A stretch of DNA of 64,000 nucleotides, from NCBI GenBank assembly GCA_964478545.1, contig CAYZIS010000001.1, positions 7,943-71,942 of the forward strand, read 5' to 3'. The position numbers were made by a program, and so were the translations under genes. The first letter of the stretch is position 1; every line of letters starts with the position of its first letter. This DNA comes from an uncultured Thermodesulfobacteriota bacterium (lineage in GTDB: Bacteria; Desulfobacterota; Anaeroferrophillalia; Anaeroferrophillales; Anaeroferrophillaceae). Positions 1 to 7,745 of this stretch are shown here, in pieces. The notes under the pieces are model-generated. The model did not search any database. It was not told the origin of the DNA and worked only from the letters and a program-made list of their open reading frames with translations.

Positions 1-291
1 CCGGAACTGCGCTATGACTGCCCGGATAAGCTGAAATTTTCCCTGGTGGATCGCCTGCGTGAGCGATTATTCAGCTGCCGGGAGGGAAATGGCGAGTGTC
101 CCACCATTCACGATATCATCACCATCGACGGCATCCGGGTTATTTTCAACAACGGCTGGGCCCTGGTACGGGCCAGCAACACCCAGCCGGTGCTGGTCCT
201 GCGTTTCGAAGCCGAAAACAAAAAAACCCTGATCCTGCTGCAAAAATTTATCATGCACCTGGTCAAACAAGTCCGCCGGGAATTGGAATAG
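1..291 (+). CDS. phosphomannomutase/phosphoglucosamine mutase family protein, C-terminal fragment (5' end off-window)
   Basis: Frame 1 is open from position 1. The C-terminal motif 'NGWALVRASNTQPVLVLRFEAENK' is typical of the PGM/PMM/GlmM C-terminal domain. Stop at 289-291. Confidence 0.7.
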   Translation, partial: PELRYDCPDKLKFSLVDRLRERLFSCREGNGECPTIHDIITIDGIRVIFNNGWALVRASNTQPVLVLRFEAENKKTLILLQKFIMHLVKQVRRELE

Positions 292-543
292 TAGACCTTC
301 TACCTTCAGCCTTTCACCTTGTACCTTGCACCTTATACCTTTCTCCTATATAATGGTGCTCATAGAAAATCTGGAACCTGTGATCCTGAGTTAGTCAACT
401 AACTCAACTTTCTGAGTTGCATTGTCGGGAATACATGACAGGATGTTCGGGCTTGGCTCATAGCCGTGTCCGCCGACAGGCAGGGCTGTTTTTAGAGCAA
501 CTCAAAAAGTTGGGTCAACTAATCGACAACGTCTCTACCGCCT
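292..543 (+). repeat. Family-1 composite intergenic repeat. ACCTTNN heptad array 292-345, CAACT-N5-AGTTG hairpins at 401-420 and 496-511, core 439-493 ('CAGGATGTTCGGGCTTGGCTCATAGCCGTGTCCGCCGACAGGCAGGGCTGTTTTT').
   Basis: The core recurs at 2938, 6450, 13034 (reverse complement), 32680 and 42193. The element fills the whole gap between the PMM stop and the HK start. Confidence 0.8.
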
Positions 544-2073
544 ATGCTTGACCGAATTTCCATTTCCCAGAAGATCCTCCTGGCCTTTGCCTTTGTCCTC
601 ATCTGTCTGATGGCTGTCAACATTTATTCACTGCTGGAAATCAGGAAAATTTCCACCATTGTCAACCAGTTGACTGCAGTGCAGTTTAACTTATGGGATG
701 ACTGCCAGAAAATGGAGCAGGCCAGCGATAATGCCTATAAAGGGATGCGTAAATATCTGCTTTTAAAAAAGCCCACCTATGCGGAACTGGTCAAGAATAA
801 TATTGAGGATGCCCGCACTACAATTAATACTATTTTACAATATCCTCTGGCCGCTGAGCAAAATCTCCTGAGGGTCCGGCTGACAAAAGAATTATCCAGC
901 TTTCATACATTGCTCAATGAAATGTTTGAGCTGCACGAAGGTTCTGATACCGGAACCTTCATAGAAAAGATGAAACTAAGTTATGAACAATGCAAAGGTA
1001 CGCTGGCAGAGTTTCAGCTGCTGGGCTACCGGGAAATCAACCGCAGCTTTATGAAAACCCGGGACATTACCAACCAATATGAACATGACTTGATTGTTTT
1101 TTCCGCCCTGACCTGTCTGGCACTGTTGATCATGTTCCTATGGATAAACTATTCCATCAAACATTCTCTCAGCACCATCATTACCGGGATGAAAAAAATT
1201 ACCCAAGGAGATTTCACCACTCGCATCCAGGGCTTTCGTGACAAGGAAATTGGCAAACTGGCGATCTATTACAATATCATGGCTAACCGACTGACAGAGT
1301 TTGATGAGGTTAAAGCCTCATTCATTGCCAATCTCTCCCATGAAATTAAAACCCCGTTAACTTCCATGAGGGAATCCCTTTCCCTGCTGCAGGAAAAAAT
1401 CGCTGGCCCCTTAAATGAAAAACAGACCCGCCTGGTCAAAATTAATCTGGGTGAAACAGACCGCATTATTAAAATTGTCTCTGACCTGCTTGATATTTCC
1501 CGCATCCGGGCCGGGGTCATCTCTTACAACTTCGCCCCCGGCAACCTGGTTGATTTGCTGCGCTCCCGGATGATGGCAGCTGATTCCCTGGCCGGGAAAA
1601 AAAATATCAGCCTGGACCTAGTACAGGAAAGTCTCTTACCGGCGCAGGAATTCGATGCTTTGCGCTTAGGCCAGGTAATCGACAACCTGCTTTCCAATGC
1701 GATCAAGTTTACCCCGGAAGGCGGCACCATTGAAATCAAGGTAGGCTGTAAAGATGATTTTATCGCCGACAACATACCTTCCTTGCCAGCTGAGCTGGCC
1801 AGAAACTTTATCTTTTTTTCCATCGCTGACTCCGGCACTGGCATCCCTGATACCCTGCTTGACCAGATTTTTGTTCGTTTTCAACAGGGAAACCAGTGGC
1901 TGCCTGACCACAGCAAGGGATCAGGCGTCGGCCTTTCCATTGCAAAATTTTTCATAGAAGGACATCATGGCCTTATCTGGGCTCATAATCGGTCAAACGG
2001 CGGCTGTGTCTTTCATGTAATCATGCCGGAAAAACCTGGCAAGAACAACCTGGCGGAGGCCAAAGATGTTTAA
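544..2073 (+). CDS. sensor histidine kinase (TM - HAMP - HisKA - HATPase_c)
   Basis: HAMP-like 'ITQGDFTTRIQGFRDKEIGKLAIYYNIMANRL'. H-box 'FIANLSHEIKTPLTSM'. ATPase N/G boxes 'DNLLSNAIKFT', 'DSGTGIP', 'GSGVGLSIAK'. Confidence 0.85.
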   Translation: MLDRISISQKILLAFAFVLICLMAVNIYSLLEIRKISTIVNQLTAVQFNLWDDCQKMEQASDNAYKGMRKYLLLKKPTYAELVKNNIEDARTTINTILQYPLAAEQNLLRVRLTKELSSFHTLLNEMFELHEGSDTGTFIEKMKLSYEQCKGTLAEFQLLGYREINRSFMKTRDITNQYEHDLIVFSALTCLALLIMFLWINYSIKHSLSTIITGMKKITQGDFTTRIQGFRDKEIGKLAIYYNIMANRLTEFDEVKASFIANLSHEIKTPLTSMRESLSLLQEKIAGPLNEKQTRLVKINLGETDRIIKIVSDLLDISRIRAGVISYNFAPGNLVDLLRSRMMAADSLAGKKNISLDLVQESLLPAQEFDALRLGQVIDNLLSNAIKFTPEGGTIEIKVGCKDDFIADNIPSLPAELARNFIFFSIADSGTGIPDTLLDQIFVRFQQGNQWLPDHSKGSGVGLSIAKFFIEGHHGLIWAHNRSNGGCVFHVIMPEKPGKNNLAEAKDV

Positions 2074-2671
2074 AAACCATCACCCAGACCATTTTGCAAA
2101 GGCATCAGCCACCATGGCTTTATTTCTTCCGCTGGGCCTGCTGCTGTTCATGCTCCTCCAGCTGAATTCCTGTGCTCCGTTGAATTCCGGGGTCGGTGGC
2201 CTTCTGCACCCCAGTGACCTTACGGATCAACAGCAGGCAACCAAAATCAGTTTGGAACAAACCAGTAAATTGCTTCGCCAGGGAAAATTAAAGGAAGCCA
2301 ACCAGATTTTAAGCTCCCTGCATAATGTTGAAATGGGCATAGCCGAAAAAAATGAATACCACTTTCTAAGCGGTTTGATTTTTGCATTAAAAGATTATGA
2401 ATACCAAAGTTACCAGCGGGCTCTGCGGCATTTAAAACAGGTAAAAGATGTTCCTGGCGACCAGAGTTTATATCCGGTTTACTGTAACCTGTTAAACTAT
2501 CTGCTTCATGATGTGATCAGGCAATATTACCAGATCAAGGAATTGGAAAAAACCGTTGATCAACTGGAACAGGAAATCATGGACAACCAGGATGTCTGCA
2601 GCAAGCTGCAGAAAAAAAATCAACAACTGAGAGAAAAGCTAAAAGCTATAATGAAGATCGATACGGAATAA
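2066..2671 (+). CDS. hypothetical lipoprotein with coiled-coil/TPR-like region; start may be Met at 2114
   Basis: Start overlaps the HK stop by 8 nt (ATGTTTAA). Signal peptide plus 'LQLNSC' lipobox-like motif. Coiled-coil C-terminus. Confidence 0.55.
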   Translation: MFKNHHPDHFAKASATMALFLPLGLLLFMLLQLNSCAPLNSGVGGLLHPSDLTDQQQATKISLEQTSKLLRQGKLKEANQILSSLHNVEMGIAEKNEYHFLSGLIFALKDYEYQSYQRALRHLKQVKDVPGDQSLYPVYCNLLNYLLHDVIRQYYQIKELEKTVDQLEQEIMDNQDVCSKLQKKNQQLREKLKAIMKIDTE

Positions 2672-2689
2672 CCATGATGGCTTGTTTCT

Positions 2690-3035
2690 AAATAAAGCAA
2701 TTAGCTTTTAGCCATTAGCTATTAGTTTATGATTACAGATACCTACCCATTAAATATTGTTACTAATCAACGTAAAGCCTTGATTTTTAAAAGCTAAATG
2801 CTAATGGCTAACTGCTAATCACCTAACTTGTTTTACTATGCCATCAGTTTTCTGACTTCTGGATAAATAATTGTAATATATTGAAATCATTAATTTTTTG
2901 TTTATCAATATCTCACGTTTATAAAGCAATTACCTAAGGATGTCCGGGCTTGGCTCATAGCCGTGTCTGCCGACAGGCAGGCCATGGGAGACCGGCGAGA
3001 ATGAGCGAGAGCCATGCCGGGACATCATCAAGAAC
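2690..3035. repeat. Family-1 repeat, arm + short-hairpin core variant. TTAGCNN heptad arms at 2690-2745 and, inverted, 2790-2830. Core 2938-3026.
   Basis: Core 'GGATGTCCGGGCTTGGCTCATAGCCGTGTCTGCCGACAGGCAGG...GAGAATGAGCGAGAGCCATGCCGGGACATC' matches the ends of the long form at 42193 but lacks its central segment. Confidence 0.75.
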
Positions 3036-3108
3036 AATTACTTACTTTACAGATGTGTGGCCGCAGCAAGCGGACTGAAAACGCTTTTCACCAAAGAAAG
3101 CATCAACA

Positions 3109-4500
3109 ATGAATACCAATGCCTCCGAATCCGGTAGAATTCTGCTGGTTGATGATGATCAGAATATCCTTGAAGTCCTGAAAATAAGGCTAGAATCCAT
3201 TGGCTATGCCGTTGTTGACCACCGCTCACCCCGTGTGGCCTTCCAGGCATTTGCCAATGAACCGTTTGACCTGGTCATCACTGATCTGAAGATGGCGGAG
3301 ATGGACGGCCTGACCCTGATGAAGGAAATTCTGGCCCTGAACATAGATATGCCGGTATTGATCCTCACCGCCCATGGAACCATCGCCAATGCGGTTACCG
3401 CAATGAAAGAAGGGGCTTATGGTTATATCACCAAGCCTTTTCAACCCGAAGAGCTGGCCATCCAGGTAAAAAACGCCATCGAAAAATCCCATTTACGGGC
3501 AGAAATCACACGTTTACAAGATATGCTGGAAGATGAACGCAAGAAGCAGTCACCAATTATTTCCACCAGTCCGGCCATGCGCAATGTTATCAAAACCATC
3601 AGCGCCATCAGTAATTCCAATTCGACGGTCATGATTTTGGGTGAAAGCGGTACGGGGAAAGAACTGGTGGCCCGGGAAATCCATCACCGCAGCCCCAGGA
3701 ACCATAAAAACTTTATCGCGGTTAACTGTGGCGCTATCCCGGAAACTTTACTGGAAAGCGAGTTGTTCGGGTATACAAAAGGGGCCTTCACCGGGGCCGC
3801 AAAAAATCATGCCGGCATTTTCCAGCGTGCCGAGGGCGGAACCATTTTCCTGGATGAAATTACGGAAACTTCTCCATCCTTTCAGGTTAAGTTGCTCCGG
3901 GTTCTCCAAGAAAGATGTGTGTTCCCCTTAGGATCCAATCAGGAAGTGGATATTGACGTCCGGATCATTGCCGCCAGCAACCAGGACCTGGAACAGCAGG
4001 TTCAGACAGGAAAGTTTCGCGAGGATCTTTTCTACCGCATTTATGTCATCCCCATCAACCTGCCACCATTGAGAGAACGCCACGAAGACATCCCTCTACT
4101 TGCCCAGTATTTTCTCGAATACTACCGACAGGAATTACATAAAAATACTATCATTGGCTTTCAGCAGTCAACTCTGCAAAAAATGCTGGTCTATCAATGG
4201 CCGGGAAATATCAGGGAACTTGAAAATAAAATCCAGTACGCCCTGGCTGTTTCGAACGGTGAGTTTATCAACCCCGAAGAAATGTTTCCCGTTTTGCCCG
4301 GCAAAGCCCAGAGTCCAGCAACCACCATGCATGATGCAAAAAAACAGTTTGAACGAGATTATATTATCAATGTTCTCAACATAACCAAAGGAAATGTCAG
4401 CCAGGCAGCCCAACTCTCCGGACGCCACCGGGTTGATTTTTACAACCTGATCAAAAAACATCAGATTGATGTGAATGCTTTCCGCCATAAAACTGCATAG
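3109..4500 (+). CDS. sigma-54-dependent response regulator (NtrC family: REC - AAA+ - Fis HTH)
   Basis: 'ILLVDDDQNILEVL' with receiver Asp 'DLVITDLKM'. Walker A 'GESGTGKE'. 'GAFTGA' sigma-54 contact motif. 'ESELFGY'. C-terminal HTH. Confidence 0.9.
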   Translation: MNTNASESGRILLVDDDQNILEVLKIRLESIGYAVVDHRSPRVAFQAFANEPFDLVITDLKMAEMDGLTLMKEILALNIDMPVLILTAHGTIANAVTAMKEGAYGYITKPFQPEELAIQVKNAIEKSHLRAEITRLQDMLEDERKKQSPIISTSPAMRNVIKTISAISNSNSTVMILGESGTGKELVAREIHHRSPRNHKNFIAVNCGAIPETLLESELFGYTKGAFTGAAKNHAGIFQRAEGGTIFLDEITETSPSFQVKLLRVLQERCVFPLGSNQEVDIDVRIIAASNQDLEQQVQTGKFREDLFYRIYVIPINLPPLRERHEDIPLLAQYFLEYYRQELHKNTIIGFQQSTLQKMLVYQWPGNIRELENKIQYALAVSNGEFINPEEMFPVLPGKAQSPATTMHDAKKQFERDYIINVLNITKGNVSQAAQLSGRHRVDFYNLIKKHQIDVNAFRHKTA

Positions 4501-4533
4501 CCTGTAGGCTACCTTGAAAAATGGCCTTTTTGC
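4499..4533 (+). promoter_or_regulatory. candidate upstream activator site, copy 1 (AGCCTGTAGGCTACC...AAAAATGGCCTT)
   Basis: A second copy lies at 4644-4678. Both sit 200-370 bp upstream of a sigma-54-type promoter. Confidence 0.35.
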
Positions 4534-4643
4534 TCGATTACTGCGTTAGGCTCAAATTATAATCCTCAAAATATGAAATATATTCCTGCGGTTATAATTT
4601 TCGCCTGCCTTGTACTCAAACAAAAATTCTAATTTTTCAAGAC

Positions 4644-4678
4644 AGCCTGTAGGTTATCCACTACAAAAAGTGGCCTTC
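4644..4678 (+). promoter_or_regulatory. candidate upstream activator site, copy 2 (AGCCTGTAGGTTATCC...AAAAAGTGGCCTT)
   Basis: Direct repeat of 4499-4533. Confidence 0.35.
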
Positions 4679-4875
4679 CCCTACGCCCACACCAAGAATA
4701 AAACTAAGCTCCCTCCCATCCCTCTTGAGATTATCACTTAATCGATGATTTGTTTACGAAACCGTAATTCAAGCCGGAATTTTGTACGTTAACATACCCG
4801 TTAGATTTTTTTTAATTTCTTATTGCATAACCATATCATATTGAACTTATTAGTGTTTTTAAATTATCTTCAGGT

Positions 4876-4891
4876 TGGTACCATTGTTGCT
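4876..4891 (+). promoter_or_regulatory. candidate sigma-54 (-24/-12) promoter TGGTAC-N5-TTGCT
   Basis: GG-N10-GC spacing. 'TTGGTACCATTGTTGCT' against consensus TGGCAC-N5-TTGCW. Lies about 57 bp upstream of the ORF at 4948, which has a GGGAGG RBS. Confidence 0.5.
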
Positions 4892-4947
4892 CTCATTAGA
4901 TTAAAGCTTTGGCATAAACAGCCAATTAATAAGCTAGGGAGGAAAAG

Positions 4948-5400
4948 ATGTACAACCAAGCCAACACCATCAAAAGTTATGAGAAAATTCATAGGATTGT
5001 TCGTGGTGGCCCCATTCTGACCCTCACCCAGAAAAACATTCTAACCTTTTTCCTGCTTGTTGGAATTTTAGGCGGATCAATGCTGGCAGATTGCTGGGGA
5101 AATATCCCGACCGCTCAAGAACAATCGCAGATGCAGGCCCAAAAGTCCAACGGGAACATGCACCGATTTCTACAGCAGCAGCTCAATCCCCTGCACACAG
5201 CCAAAACAAGGGGACAATTTAAACAGAAGGTGATGACAAAAACCGGCAGGACAACGGCACAATCAAGGCATCAGCGCCAAAATGAAAAGTTGAGAAAAAG
5301 GATACAGGCTAGAAAAGATTTCTTGAAGGAAAAACGGAAATGCACCCTAGCCAAGGTTCTCTTTCTGGTTTCTCTCTCCAAGCCGTTAAATAAACCTTAA
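4948..5400 (+). CDS. hypothetical small membrane protein (one TM helix, basic C-terminus)
   Basis: Strong RBS GGGAGG 6 nt upstream. TM segment 'ILTFFLLVGILGGSMLA'. No recognisable family. Confidence 0.45.
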   Translation: MYNQANTIKSYEKIHRIVRGGPILTLTQKNILTFFLLVGILGGSMLADCWGNIPTAQEQSQMQAQKSNGNMHRFLQQQLNPLHTAKTRGQFKQKVMTKTGRTTAQSRHQRQNEKLRKRIQARKDFLKEKRKCTLAKVLFLVSLSKPLNKP

Positions 5401-5451
5401 TGAATAGCTGAATCGACCACCCTCCCTCCTTTCTCCCATAGCGGGGCAAAC

Positions 5452-6357
5452 TTAAGCCGGCAACGGCAAAGGGTTCGCCCCGCGACCTTTTCCCGTCAAA
5501 AACTTTTTATTACGCCGACGGACCTCGTCCTGCAAAAAACTAATCTGTTCATCGGTGAGGTTCTTGTAACGACCCTGGACCTGAAAATAACTGGCAAGGG
5601 GTTCATAGGTTTCCGGGACATAGGTCAGTTGTAGTTCATTATCTTTATTCTGCTCCAAGAGCGGGAAGATTCCCGTTTCCACCGCCAGCCGGGTTACCTC
5701 CAGGGATGCCGATGAATCCAGTTTCCACCCTACAGGGCAGGCCGCCAGCAGGTGCAGAAAGCGAAAACCGCTCCGTTTTTTGGCTTTTTCAAATTTTGCC
5801 ATAAAGTCTTCAGGATAAGCGATGGTGGCGGTAGCCAGGTAACTTGGCCTGTGGGCTTTAATAATGGAAATAATATCTTTCTTCTCATATTCCAGTTCTT
5901 TGCCAGCCGGAGTAGTGGTTGTCCAGGCCCCCGGGGGAGTGGCCGAAGAGCGCTGGATACCGGTATTCATATAGGCTTCATTATCATAGCAGACATAAAG
6001 AAAATCTTCATGCCGCTCCGCCGCCCCGGAAATCGCCTGCAATCCGATATCAAAAGTTCCGCCGTCACCAGCCCAGACCACAACCGTCACCTCCTGGCGC
6101 CCCTGGGCCAATAACGCCCGCCGGACACCGGAAGCACAGGCGGCCGCAGTAGCGAAAGGAACATGGAGAAGAGGCACCGATACTGCCGTCGTCGGCAGGC
6201 CGCCGACAATAATTGAAGTACAACAAGCGGGCAACACCACAATGGTTTGTTCGCCCAGCATTTTCAGGGCATGACGCAGACTCAGCGATGCCCCACAACC
6301 AGGACAGGCCATATGACCGGTATGAAGATATTCAGCGGTGGTAACGTTCCACAACAT
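5452..6357 (-). CDS. porB: 2-oxoacid:ferredoxin oxidoreductase beta subunit (TPP-binding), locus 1
   Basis: 'GHMACPGCG', 'GDGGTFDIGLQAISGA', '[18 protein letters not shown]'. Paralog of the ORF at 49735-50670. Confidence 0.88.
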   Translation of the reverse strand: MLWNVTTAEYLHTGHMACPGCGASLSLRHALKMLGEQTIVVLPACCTSIIVGGLPTTAVSVPLLHVPFATAAACASGVRRALLAQGRQEVTVVVWAGDGGTFDIGLQAISGAAERHEDFLYVCYDNEAYMNTGIQRSSATPPGAWTTTTPAGKELEYEKKDIISIIKAHRPSYLATATIAYPEDFMAKFEKAKKRSGFRFLHLLAACPVGWKLDSSASLEVTRLAVETGIFPLLEQNKDNELQLTYVPETYEPLASYFQVQGRYKNLTDEQISFLQDEVRRRNKKFLTGKGRGANPLPLPA

Positions 6358-6575
6358 GGATAAATCCTTTCGATTTTAGCTGCTAGCTATCAGCTGTTAG
6401 CTTTTAGTAAAACCTCAACTTTCTGACTTTCATGGCCAAAAATACATTACAGGATGTTCGGGCCTGGCTCATAGCCGTGTCCGCCGTGCCTGCCGGCAGG
6501 CACGGCGACAGGCAGGGCTGTTTTTAGAGCAACTCAGAAAGTTAAGCTTGTGCTTTCAGCTTTATACCTTTAGCC
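6358..6575 (+). repeat. Family-1 composite repeat inserted between porA and porB. TTAGCTN heptads 6361-6395, core 6450-6526, ACCTT-type heptads 6545-6575.
   Basis: Contains a perfect palindrome 'GTGCCTGCCGGCAGGCAC' followed by a T-run. Occupies the entire 218-bp porA-porB gap. Confidence 0.8.
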
Positions 6576-7745
6576 TCAAATCCAGATAGTTTCGCTAGTC
6601 GACAGCTCCTCAGCCTGCATGGCAATCTGCTCGATGACTTCCGGAAAGACCTCTTTCCCCCCCAGACTGATAATGACATCATGAACTGCCGGGCGCTCAT
6701 CTTCTTCGTACAGTGCAGCCCGCACTTCCTGGGAAACGGTACCGCCAACCCCGAATGAAACCGCCCGGTTCAAAACAATCAGCCGTTTTATCCCAGAGAC
6801 CAGCCGCGCCAGTTCCCGGCTGGGGAAAGGCCTGAACAGACGCAATTTAAGCAAACCCACAGGATGGCTGTCCTGGCGTAAACGATCAACCGCCACCCGA
6901 ACCGTACCGGTCAGGGCCCCGGAACAACAGAAAATAATTTCCGCATCATCACAACGGTAAGCCTCAAGATGTTCATAACTTCGACCAAAACGCTCGGCAA
7001 ACTGCCGGCAGCCATCAGCCAGGATATCCCCGGCATCTTCCATCGTCCTGGCAATATTTTTTTTCAGCTGATAAAAACCATCCGGAAAGGCGGCAGCGGA
7101 AAAAGAACGGGGATCATCGGTATCAAGGAAATACTGAGGCCGGTAGGGAGGCAGAAAGGCATCCACCTCCTCAGCCGCTGGCACCATCAACGGCTCCATC
7201 GTATGGGAAAGGATGAAACCATCAATCATCACCATCACCGGCAGCAAAATCCGTTCACTTAACCAGTAAGCCTGAATAATGGTGTCCAGAGCTTCCTGGG
7301 CAGTCTCACAATAGATCTGCAGCCAGCCCACATCACGTTGTGACAGGCTGTCACTCTGGTCACACCAGATATTCCAGGGGGCGCCCAGGGCCCGGTTGGC
7401 ATTAACCATCACCAGCGGCATCCTCGCACCGGAAAACCAGTGGAGCAGTTCATGCATCATCGCCAGCCCTTGTGAACTGGTGGCCGTAAACGACCGACTG
7501 CCAGCGGAAACAGACCCTAAGCAGGCGGCTATGGCTGACATTTCAGATTCCACCTTGATAAACTGGCAGGGAAATTCCCCCCGGTCGACCATTTCCGACA
7601 GGATTTCGATAATATGGGTTTGCGGTGTAATGGGGTAGGCCGAAATTACCTGTGGGCGGCAAAGCCTGACCCCATGAGCAACGGCATCACTGCCCATCAT
7701 CATTTCCCTGGACGATTTTTCACCAGGCTTTAATTCACCCTGCAT
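6576..7745 (-). CDS. porA: 2-oxoacid:ferredoxin oxidoreductase alpha subunit, locus 1
   Basis: '[15 protein letters not shown]'. Full alpha-subunit architecture. The start abuts the stop of the upstream fusion gene. Confidence 0.88.
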   Translation of the reverse strand: MQGELKPGEKSSREMMMGSDAVAHGVRLCRPQVISAYPITPQTHIIEILSEMVDRGEFPCQFIKVESEMSAIAACLGSVSAGSRSFTATSSQGLAMMHELLHWFSGARMPLVMVNANRALGAPWNIWCDQSDSLSQRDVGWLQIYCETAQEALDTIIQAYWLSERILLPVMVMIDGFILSHTMEPLMVPAAEEVDAFLPPYRPQYFLDTDDPRSFSAAAFPDGFYQLKKNIARTMEDAGDILADGCRQFAERFGRSYEHLEAYRCDDAEIIFCCSGALTGTVRVAVDRLRQDSHPVGLLKLRLFRPFPSRELARLVSGIKRLIVLNRAVSFGVGGTVSQEVRAALYEEDERPAVHDVIISLGGKEVFPEVIEQIAMQAEELSTSETIWI

